Positions 25,760 to 38,000 of a stretch of DNA of 64,000 nucleotides are shown in pieces (the first letter of the stretch is position 1; the number at the start of each line of letters is the position of its first letter). The notes beneath the pieces were generated by a model that ran no database searches, had not been told where the DNA came from, and was given only the letters and a program-made list of their open reading frames with translations. A program made the translations under genes and the position numbers. The DNA is from Eledone cirrhosa. Its lineage: Eukaryota. The stretch is from the NCBI GenBank assembly GCA_964016885.1, contig OZ024744.1, positions 45,322,001 through 45,386,000 on the forward strand. Direction: 5' to 3'.

Positions 25760-26663
25760 TATTCAGTATACAAAATGTTGTCATTTAATAAAGGAAAAAG
25801 AAAAAAAAGAGATACAAACGAAATGAAGCAACGAACAGAGGGGAAGGATTAAAGAAGGGCAGATCTGACTGTATAGGAAAGTAGGAGAAAGGACTATAAA
25901 TGTTATAAATGAGAGGAAACGTAGGGTAAAACAAAGACTATGAGGTCACGGAAGAGGGAGGAGGGATAGGAGGGATGTCTGGGGTCAGGTGGTGTTTGGG
26001 CTGCACACCGCGGACAAAACTGCAAGGTCATTTCCGCGGACAATGGCCAGCTACACCGCTGCAACAGCCACTCCACCTAGCGGAGCTCCTTCTTCAGAGG
26101 GGCTACTGTTCTGATTTTACGGAGGAGCTTGGCAATACGGGGTCTGATGACGACTGAGTTCTTGACGGTGACCGGTGCAGAGAGGAAGTGGCCAGACAAG
26201 CCCCGGTATTTACTTGTCTTCCTATCCTCTGTATTGTGGGCCGAAATACCGGGGTTTGTGGCCAAAGAAACAAAATAGGGGCGGAGAACGTATTACAGCA
26301 TTTAGCATCTTAGATGAGGGATTTGCCTCCTTCCAATGAAAAGAGGGTAATTCCGTCGGGGCGCTTGCCATCTCTGCTGCCGAGGCTTGCTGGCTCCAGT
26401 TGTGATGGGAAACCAGCTGAATCCAGGGTCCTTCTTAATTTGTCATTGAGATCGGCATGTCGTTCTGGCGACATGATAGTGGATGCAGCCCAAACCCACC
26501 AACAACAGCCCCACAACAGTATTTATGTGAACCCCAAACGTGGAGGCCAGGGCGTTGGGTCACTCAGATGTGTGTGCACTCGTCATCAAGAAGGGTACCG
26601 GTTGATGAGGAGAGCACAGATTTGAGCAATGCATCGCTGTTTGGCTGCGAAACAGATCGGAGA
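25760..26663 (-). mobile_element. CRE-clade LINE 3' fragment (inverted paralogue of 14023-14735)
   Basis: [36 protein letters not shown]; the 3' UTR matches 14600-14730. Confidence 0.85.
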
Positions 26664-26740
26664 CAATATCTTGGACTTCCAACAAAAGTAAAATTACAGC
26701 ACCTACCTAATTCTTGTGCATTGAGTACTCCTTCCTTTAT

Positions 26741-26862
26741 GATCTGAGTTCAAATCCTGTCGAGGTTAACTTTGCCTTTCATCCTTACGGGCTCGATAAA
26801 ATAAAGTACCAGTAATGCACTGAGATAATTGCTGGCCTTGTGCCAAATGTAGAAACAGTTAT
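26741..26862 (+). mobile_element. 5'-truncated SINE
   Basis: Family match from the B-box onward. The corresponding empty site is visible at ~7650-7725. Confidence 0.85.
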
Positions 26863-27031
26863 TTACAGAACCTTTTAAAAGCGAATACTCTTCAACCCTA
26901 AACAAACATACAGCCTCTCGCTCTCTCTCTCTTTCTCTTTCTCGCTCTCTCTGCCTCTTTCTCTCTATTCTCTCTTTCTTCCATGTCCTCATCTCTTTCT
27001 CGCTCTATTTTTCTATATATATATATATATA

Positions 27032-27032
<1 letters not shown>

Positions 27033-27112
<80 letters not shown>
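27033..27112. repeat. (CA)n microsatellite, adjacent to (CT)n and (TA)n tracts
   Basis: Directly visible. Confidence 0.95.
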
Positions 27113-27116
<4 letters not shown>

Positions 27117-27260
27117 TATCTCACTTTGGCAGTGTTGGTGGGAGAGAGCTGTGATAGTAAGAAGAGTACAGACAACAGTGACAGTAGGAGTAAGGTGTGT
27201 GACGTCATAAGATGGACGCTGTGGAAAGTTTTGAGATAGGTGGGTTGGTAGGGAGGTATA

Positions 27261-27500
27261 TCTACTATAGAAGTCCCGTTCTGTCTGTCTGTGTAAAGTA
27301 TTATAACTTGCGTATTGTTCATCGATCTCGCTAAAATGTTACACATTGCCAAAGGAGGATGCGAGACGTGTCAATAACAACTAATTATTGCATAATTGTT
27401 ACTTTCAAAGTGATAATCGCCATGTTTCTAATACTTGTGTGTCTTTGCGTTAAAACATTTCCATTAGAACTGCCGTAAGCAGGAACCCGGCTGAGAAAGA
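27261..27500 (+). mobile_element. Possible Helitron 5' end
   Basis: A^TCTACTATA start followed by (CTGT)n, as in many invertebrate non-autonomous Helitrons. No 3' hairpin-CTAG end identified. Confidence 0.35.
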
Positions 27501-28291
27501 GAAGGAAGTAGAAAGTGCAGAGTAGAAGAGAGAGAGGGACAGAAAAAGAAAGAGAGAGAATGTCTATAGGAGGGAAACAGCGAGAGAAAGAAAGAGACAA
27601 AGAAAGGGGGGGGGGGGGGGAGAGAAAGAGAAGGCTATGTGAGACAAGGGACTGGCAAAATGAGAGAGAAAGAAGAAGCTGTGTGAGAGGGGAAAGAAAG
27701 AGAGAGAGTGAGACAGTAAGTAACCACATGTTGTGAGAAGAGAAGCAGACGACAAGATAAAACATTAAACACGATATTAGAAAAATATTTTTCTAAATAT
27801 GGCAATATGTTATATATACATACATGCATAGATAAATCTACATATACAATTGCATGTGTATAGTAAAGAATATATGTGTATGTACGCATATGAAAACACG
27901 TATACATAAATGAAGGTAGAAGTAAAATACGTATATAGTAGTTGATAGACGACTATATACGCACATATAAATAAGAATATATAGATACATTAAAATATAA
28001 AAATGAAATGGTAAAATAATATAATAAAACGGAAAAAATGAAACGAAATTTCATTTCCCGCTCTTAGTACGGCTGTTAGTTAAATATAAGTATGTACACG
28101 TACATACATATATGTATACAGACGTACAGTAGTATGTATATATATATACATACATGCACCATTATATATATGTACGTATAGATTCACGAAACATTTATTA
28201 TAATGCTCGGTGTGTTTGTAAACAAACATCCCATATTAAGCCGTAGTGTACAGCAACCATCGTTGCTCGTTTGTTCAACACTGACAAAGGA

Positions 28292-28334
28292 ACGCTGTAC
28301 TAGTTTCAAGCTTATTAACTATCGTCAGCAACGT
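28292..28334 (-). ncRNA. Minimal type I hammerhead ribozyme in the inverted block
   Basis: On -: ACGTTG CTGACGA TAGTT AATA AGCTT GAAACTAGTA CAGCGT. Confidence 0.85.
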
Positions 28335-29090
28335 ATACCTTCCTGCCAGATTGTTGAACGTATATACTTACCTTCTGCATATTAACTGCTGCGTAGCCCA
28401 ATTTGCATATTGAGTGGGTTGATCGGCCGGGTGCATCGAAAACGATAAACGGAAAAAATGAAACGAAATTTCATTTCCCACTCTTAGTACGGCTGTGACT
28501 TAAATAGAAGTATGTACCCGTATATACATATATGTATACGGGCGTACAGTAGTATGTATATATATATATATATACATACATGCACACATATATATATGTA
28601 CGTATGGATTCACCGAACATTTATTATAATGCACGGTGTGTTTGTAAACAAACATCCAGTATTAAGCCGTAGTGTCCAGCAATCATCGTTGCTCGTTTGT
28701 TCAACACGTGTACATACTTATATTTAAGTAACAGTCGTACGAAGAGTGGGAAATGAAATTTCGTTTCATTTTTACCGTTTATCGTTTTCGGTGCACCCGG
28801 CCGATTGACCCACTCGATATGCAAATTGGGCTACACAGCCGTTAATATGCATAACGTAAGTATATACGTTCAACAATCTGTATATATATACAACTATGTA
28901 TATACGTGTACATACTTATATTTAAATAACAGCCGAACTAAGAGTGGGAAATGAAATTTCGTTTCATTTTTTCCGTTTATCGTTTTCAGTGCACCCGGCC
29001 GATTAACCCACTCGATATGCAAATTGGGCTACTCAGGCGTTAATATGCATAATGTAGGTATATACGTTCAACAATCTGGCAGGAAGGTAT

Positions 29091-32000
29091 ACGTTGCTGG
29101 CGATAGCTAATAAGCTTGAAACTAGTACAGCATTTCTTCGTCAGTGTTGAACAAACGAGCAACGATGATTTCTGGACACTACGGCTTAATACGGGATGTT
29201 TGTTTACAAACACACCGAACATTATAATAAATGTTCGGTGAATCCATACGTACATATATATATGTGTGCATGTATGTATATATATACATACTACTGTACG
29301 TCTGTATACTTATATGTATGTACATGTACATACTTATATTTAAGTAACAGTCGAACTAAGAGTGGGAAATGAAATTTCGTTTCATTTTTGCAATTTATCG
29401 TTTTCGTTGTACCCGGCCGATTAACCCACTCGATATGCAAATTAGGCTACTCAGCCGTTAATATGCATAAGGTAAGTATATACGTTCAACAATCTGGCAG
29501 GAAGGTATACGTTGCTGACGATAGCTAATAAGCTTGAAACTAGTACAGCGTTCCTTTGTCAGTGTTGAACAAACGAGCAACAATGGATGCTGGACACTAC
29601 GACTTAATACGGGATGTTTGTTCATAAACACACCGAGCATTATCATAAATGTTCAGTGAATCCATACGTACATATATATATGTGTGTGCATGTATGTATA
29701 TATATATACATACTATTGTACTTCCGTATACATATGTTTATGTATGTGTACATACTTATATTTAAGTAACAGTCGAACTAAGAGTGGGAAATGAAATTTC
29801 GTTTCATTTTTTCCATTTATCGTTTTCGTTGCACCCGGCCGATAACCCACTCGATATGCAAATTGGGCTACTCAGCCGTTAATATGCATGAGGTAAGTAT
29901 ATACGCTCAACAATCTGGCAGGAAGGTATACGTTGCTGACGATAGTTATTAAGCTTGAAACTAGTACAGCGTTCCTTTGTCAGTGTTGAACAAACGAGCA
30001 ACGATGGTTTTTGACAGTCCGGCTTAATACGGGATGTTTGTTTACAAACACACCGAACATTATAATAAATGTTCGGTGAATGCATACGTACATATATATA
30101 TATGTCTGTGCATGTATGTATATATATATACATGCTACTGTACGTCTGTATCCATATATGTATGTACGTGTACATACTTATATTTAAGTAACAGCCGAAC
30201 TAAGAGTGGGAAATGAAATTTCGTTTCATTTTTTCCGTTTATAGTTTTGGGTGCACCCGGTCGATTAACCCGCTCGATATGCAAATTGGGCTACTCAGCC
30301 GTTAATATGCATGAGGTAAGTATATACGCTCAACAATCTGACAGGAAGGTATACGTTGCTGACGATAGCTATTAAGCTTGAAACTAGTACAGCGTTCCTT
30401 TGTCAGTGTTGAACAAACGAGCAACGATGGTTACTGGACACTACATCTTAATACGGGATGTTTGTTTACAAACACAACGAGCACTATAATATATGTTCGG
30501 TGAATCCATACGTACATATATATATGTGTGCATGTATGTATATATATATACATACTACTGTACGTCCGTATACAAATATGTATATACCTGTACATACTTA
30601 TATTTAAATAACAACCGAACTAAGAGTGGGAAATGAAATTTCGTTTCATTTTTTCCGTTTATCGTTTTCAGTGCACCCGGCCGATTAACCCACTCGATAT
30701 GCAAATTGGGCTACTCAGCCGTTAATATGCATAATGTAAGTATATACGTTCAACAATCTGGCAGGAAGGTATACGTTGCTGGCGATAGCTAATAAGCTTG
30801 AAACTAGTACAGCGTTCCTTTGTCAGTGTTGAACAAACGAGCAATGATGATTTCTGGACACTACGGCTTAATACGGGATGTTTGTTTACAAACACACCGA
30901 ACATTATAATAAATGTTCGGTGAATCCATACGTACATATATATATGTGTGCATGTATGTATATATATACATACTACTGTACGTCTGTATACTTATATGTA
31001 TGTACATGTACATACTTATATTTAAGTAATAGCCGTACGAAGAGTGGGAAATGAAATTTCGTTTCATTTTTACCGTTTATGTTTTTCGTTGCACCCGGCC
31101 GATTAACCCACTCGATATGCAAATTGGGCTACTCAGCCGTTAATATGCATAAGGTAAGTATATATGTTCAACAATCTGGCAGGAACGTATACGTTGCTGA
31201 CGATAGCTAATAAGCTTGAAACTAGTACAACATTTCTTTGTCAGTGTTGAACAAACGAGCAACGATGGTTGCTGTACATTATGGCTTAATACGGGATGTT
31301 TGTTTACAAACACAGTGAGCATTATAATAAATGTTCGGTGAATCCATACGTACATATGTATATGTGTGCATGTATGTATATATATATACATAGTACTGTA
31401 CGTCTGAATACATATATGTATGTACGTGTACATATTATATTTAAGTAACAGCCGTACTAATAGTGGGAAATGAAATTTCGTTTCATTTTTTCCGTTTATC
31501 GTTTTCGGTGCACCCGGCCGATTAACCCACTCGATATGCAAATTAGGTTACTCAGCCGTTAATATGCATAAGGTAAGTATATATGTTCAACAATCTGGCA
31601 GGAAGGTATACGTTGCTGACGATAGCTAATAAGCTTGAAACTAGTACAGCGTTCCTTTGTCAGTGTTGAACAAATGAGCAACGAATGGTTTTTGACAGTA
31701 CGGCTTAATACGGGATGTTTGTTTACAAACACACCGAACATTATAATAAATGTTCGGTGAATCCATACGTACATATATATATATGTCTGTGCATGTATGT
31801 ATATATATATACATGCTACTGTACGTCTGTATCCATATATGTATGTACCTGTACATACTTATATTTAAGTAACAGCCGTACTAATAGTGGGAAATGAAAT
31901 TTCGTTTCAATTATTCCGTTTATCGTTTTCGGTATACACGTCCGATTAACCCACTCGATATTCAAATTGGGCTACTCAGCCGTTAATATGCATAAGGTAA

Positions 32001-35000
32001 GTATATATGTTCAACAATCTGGCAGGAAGGTATACGTTGCTGACGATAGCTAATAAGCTTGAAACTAGTACAGCGTTCCTTTGTCAGTGTTGAACAAACG
32101 AGCAACGATGGTTGCTGGACACTACATCTTAATACGGGATGTTTGTTTACAAACACGCTGAGCATTATAATAAATGTTCGGTGAATCCATAGGTACATAT
32201 ATATGTGTGCATGTATGTATATATATATACATACTACTGTACGTCCGTATACATATATGTATATACCTGTACATACTTATATTTAAGTAACAGCCGAACT
32301 AAGAGTGGGAAATGAAATTTCGTTTCATTTTTTCCCTTTATCGTTTTCGGTGCACCCGGCCGATTAACCCACTCGATATGCAAATTGGGCTACTCAGCCG
32401 TTAATATGCATAAGGTAAGTATATACGTTCAACAATCTGGCAGGAAGGTATACGTTGCTGGCGATAGCTAATAAGCTTGAAACTAGTACAGCATTTCTTC
32501 GTCAGTGTTGAACAAACGAGTAACAATGGTTGCTGTACACTACTGCTTAATACGGGATGTTTGTTTACAAACACAGTGAGCATTATAATAAATGTTCGGT
32601 GAATCTATACGTACATATATATATGTGTGCACGTATGTATATATATATACATAGTACTGTACGTCTGAATACATATATGTATGTACGTGTACATACTTAT
32701 ATTTAAGTAACAGCCGTACTAATAGTGGGAAATGAAATTTCGTTTCATTTTTTCCGTTTATCATTTTCGGTGCACCCGGCCGATTAACCCACTCGATATG
32801 CAAATTAGGTTACTCAGCCGTTAATATGCATAACATAAGTATATATGTTCAACAATCTGGCAGGAAGGTATACGTTGCTGACGATAGCTAATAAGCTTGA
32901 AACTAGTACAACATTTCTTTGTCAGTGTTGAACAAACGAGCAACGATGGTTGCTGTACATTATGGCTTAATACGGGATGTTTGTTTACAAACACAGTGAG
33001 CATTATAATAAATGTTCGGTGAATCCATACGTACATATGTATATGTGTGCATGTATGTATATATATATACATAGTACTGTACGTCTGAATACATATATGT
33101 ATGTACGTGTACATACTTATATTTAAGTAACAGCCGTACTAATAGTGGGAAATGAAATTTCGTTTCATTTTTTCCGTTTATCATTTTCGGTGCACCCGGC
33201 CGATTAACCCACTCGATATGCAAATTAGGTTACTCAGCCGTTAATATGCATAACATAAGTATATATGTTCAACAATCTGGCAGGAAGGTATACGTTGCTG
33301 ACGATGGCTAATAAGCTTGAAACTAGTACAGCGTTCCTTTGTCAGTGTTGAACAAACGAGCAACGATGATTTCTGGACACTACGGCTTAATACGGGATGT
33401 TTGTTTACAAACACACCGAACATTATAATAAATGTTCGGTGAATCCATACGTACATATATATATGTGTGCATGTATGTATATATATACATACTACTGTAC
33501 GTCTGTATCCTTATATGTATGTACGTGTACATACTTATATTTAAGTAACAGCCGTACTAAGAGTGGGAAATGAAATTTCGTTTCATTTTTTCCGTTTATG
33601 TATTTCGTTGCACCCGGCCGATTAACCCACTCGATATGCAAATTGGGCTACTCAGCCGTTAATATGCATTAGGTAAGTATATACGTTCAACAATCTGGCA
33701 GGAAGGTATACGTTGCTGGCGATAGCTAATAAGCTTGAAACTAGTACAGCGTTCCTTTGTCAGTGTTGAACAAACGAGCAACGATGATTTCTGGACACTA
33801 CGGCTTAATACGGGATGTTTGTTTACAAACACACCGAACATTATAATAAATGTTCGGTGAATCCATACGTACATATATATATGTGTGCATGTATGTATAT
33901 ATATACATACTACTGTACGTCTGTATACTTATATGTATGTACATGTACATACTTATATTTAAGTAACAGCCGTACTAAGAGTGGGAAATGAAATTTCGTT
34001 TCATTTTTTCCGTTTATGTTTTTCGTTGCACCCGGCCGATTAACCCACTTGATATGCAAATTGGGCTACTCAGCCGTTAATATGCATAAGGTAAGTATAT
34101 ACGTTCAACAATCTGGCAGGAAGGTATACGTTGCTGGCGATAGCTAATAAGCTTGAAACTAGTACAGCGTTCCTTTGTCAGTGTTGAACAAACGAGCAAC
34201 GAATGGTTTTTGACAGTACGGCTTAATACGGGATGTTTGTTTACAAACACACCGAACATTATAATAAATGTTCGGTGAATCCATACGTACATATATATAT
34301 ATGTCTGTGCATGTATGTATATATATATACATGCTACTGTACGTCTGTATCCATATATGTATGTACCTGTACATACTTATATTTAAGTAACAGCCGTACT
34401 AATAGTGGGAAATGAAATTTCGTTTCAATTATTCCGTTTATCGTTTTCGGTATACACGTCCGATTAACCCACTCGATATTCAAATTGGGCTACTCAGCCG
34501 TTAATATGCATAAGGTAAGTATATATGTTCAACAATCTGGCAGGAAGGTATACGTTGCTGACGATAGCTAATAAACTTGAAACTAGTACAGCGTTCCTTT
34601 GTCAGTGTTGAACAAACGAGCAACGATGGTTGCTGGACACTACATCTTAATACGGGATGTTTGTTTACAAACACGCTGAGCATTATAATAAATGTTCGGT
34701 GAATCCATAGGTACATATATATGTGTGCATGTATGTATATATATATACATACTACTGTACGTCCGTATACATATATGTATATACCTGTACATACTTATAT
34801 TTAAGTAACAGCCGAACTAAGAGTGGGAAATGAAATTTCGTTTCATTTTTTCCGTTTATCGTTTTCGGTGCACCCGGCCGATTAACCCACTCGATATGCA
34901 AATTGGGCTACTCAGCCGTTAATATGCATAAGGTAAGTATATACGTTCAACAATCTGGCAGGAAGGTATACGTTGCTGGCGATAGCTAATAAGCTTGAAA

Positions 35001-38000
35001 CTAGTACAGCATTTCTTCGTCAGTGTTGAACAAACGAGTAACAATGGTTGCTGTACACTACTGCTTAATACGGGATGTTTGTTTACAAACACAGTGAGCA
35101 TTATAATAAATGTTCGGTGAATCTATACGTACATATATATGTGTGCACGTATGTATATATATATACATAGTACTGTACGTCTGAATACATATATGTATGT
35201 ACGTGTACATACTTATATTTAAGTAACAGCCGTACTAATAGTGGGAAATGAAATTTCGTTTCATTTTTTCCGTTTATCGTTTTCGTTGCACCCGGCCGAT
35301 GAACCCACTCGATATGCAAATATGGGCTACGCAGCCGTTAATATGCATAAGGTAAGTATATACGTTCAACAATCTGGCAGGAAGGTATACGTTGCTGACA
35401 ATAGATAATAAGCTTGAAACTAGTACAGCGTTCCTTTGTCAGTGTTGAACAAACGAGCAACGATGGTTTCTGGACACTACGGCTTAGTACGGGATGTTTG
35501 TTTACAAACACACCGAACATTATAATAAATGTTCGGTGAATCCATACGTACATATATATATATGTCTGTGCATGTATGTATATATATATACATGCTACTG
35601 TACGTCTGTATCCATATATGTATGTACGTGTACATACTTATATTTAAGTAACAGCCGTACTAATGGTGGGAAATGAAATTTCGTTTCAATTATTCCGTTT
35701 ATCGTTTTCGGTATACACGTCCGATTAACCCACTCGATATTCAAATTGGGCTACTCAGCCGTTAATAAGCATAAGGTAAGTATATATGTTCAACAATCTG
35801 GCAGGAAGGTCTACGTTGCTGACGATAGCTAATAAGCTTGAAACTAGTACAGCGTTCCTTTGTCAGTGTTGAACAAACGAGCAACGATGGTTGCTGGACA
35901 CTACATCTTAATACGGGATGTTTGTTTACAAACACGCTGAGCATTATAATAAATGTTCGGTGAATCCATAGGTACATATATATGTGTGCATGTATGTATA
36001 TATATATACATACTACTGTACGTCCGTATACATATATGTATATACCTGTACATACTTATATTTAAGTAACAGCCGAACTAAGAGTGGGAAATGAAATTTC
36101 GTTTCAATTTTTCCGTTTATCGTTTTCGGTATACCCGTCCGATTAACCCACTCGATATGCAAATTGGGCTACTCAGCCGTTAATATGCATAAGGTAAGTA
36201 TATACGTTCAACAATCTGGCAGGAAGGTATACGTTACTGACGATAGCTAATAAGCTTGATACTAGTACCGCGTTCCTTTGTCAGTTTTGAACAAACGAGC
36301 AACGATGGTTGCTGGACACTACGGCTTAATACAGGATGTTTGTTTACAAACACACCGAGAATTATAATATATGTTCGGTGAATCCATACGTAAATATATA
36401 TATGTGTGCATGTATGTATATATATATACATACTATTGTACTTCCGTATACATATATGTATGTATGTGTACATACTTATATTTAAGTAACAGCCGAACTA
36501 AGAGTGGGAAATGTAATTTCGTTTCTTTTTTCCGTTTATCGTTTTCAGTGCACCCGGCCGATTAACCCACTCCATATGCAAATTGGGCTACTCAGCCGTT
36601 AATATGCATAAGGTAAGTATATACGTTCAACAATCTGGCAGGAAGGTATACGTTACTGACGATAGCTAATAAGCTTGAAACTAGTACCGCGTTCCTTTGT
36701 CAGTTTTGAACAAACGAGCAACGATGGTTGCTGGACACTACGGCTTAATACAGGATGTTTGTTTACAAACACACCGAGAATTATAATATATGTTCGGTGA
36801 ATCCATACGTAAATATATATATGTGTGCATGTATGTATATATATATACATACTATTGTACTTCCGTATACATATATGTATGTATGTGTACATACTTATAT
36901 TTAAGTAACAGCCGAACTAAGAGTGGGAAATGTAATTTCGTTTCATTTTTTCCGTTTATCGTTTTCAGTGCACCCGGCCGATTAACCCACTCCATATGCA
37001 AATTGGGCTACTCAGCCGTTAATATGCATAAGGTAAGTATATACGTTCAACAATCTGGCAGGAAGGTATACGTTGCTGGCGATAGCTAATAAGCTTGAAA
37101 CTAGTACAGCATTTCTTTGTCAGTTTTGAACAAGCGAGTAACAATGGTTGCTGTACACTACGGCTTAATACGGGATGTTTGTTTACAAACACAGTGAGCA
37201 TTATAATAAATGTTCGGTGAATCTATACGTACATATATATATGTGTGCACGTATGTATATATATATACATAGTACTGTACGTCTGAATACATATACGTAT
37301 GTACGTGTACATACTTATATTTAAGTAACAGCGGTACTAAGAGTGCGAAATGAAATTTCGTTTCAATTATTCCGTTTATCATTTTCGGTATACACGTCCG
37401 ATTAACCCACTCGATATTCAAATTGGTCTACTCAGCCGTTAATATGCATAAGATAAGTATAAATGTTCAACAATCTGGCAGGAAGGTATACGTTGCTGAC
37501 GATAGCTAATAAGCTTGAAACTAGTACAGCGTTCCTTTGTCAATGTTGAACAAACGAGCAACGAATGATTTTTGACAGTACGGCTTAATATGGGATGTTT
37601 GTTTACAAACACACCGAACATTATAATAAATGTTCGGTGAATCCATACGTACATATATATATATATGTCTGTGCATGTATGTATATATATATACATGCTA
37701 CTGTACGTCTGCATCCATATATGTATGTACGTGTACATACTTATATTTAAGTAACAGCCGTACTAAGAGTGGGAAATGAAATTTCGTTTCAATTATTCCG
37801 TTTATCGTTTTCGGTATACACGTCCGATTAACCCACTCGATATTCAAATTGGGCTACTCAGCCGTTAATATGCATAAGGTAAGTATATATGTTCAACAAT
37901 CTGGCAGGAAGGTATACGTTGCTGACGATAGCTAATAAGCTTGAAACTAGTACAGCGTTCCTTTGTCAGTGTTGAACAAACGAGCAACGATGGTTGCTGG

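Noticed and set aside
1829-26150. Other CTGANGA occurrences (e.g. ~1828, 13107, 23068, 24108, 26144)
   Set aside because: No stem II, GAAA, stem III and NUH arrangement follows them; they lie inside TE coding sequence.
30670-30740. Tandem 64-nt exons of a host gene (CAG...AAG/GTAAGT)
   Set aside because: The length is not a multiple of 3, the acceptor AG is missing from most monomers, some donors are mutated, and no flanking host exons are seen.
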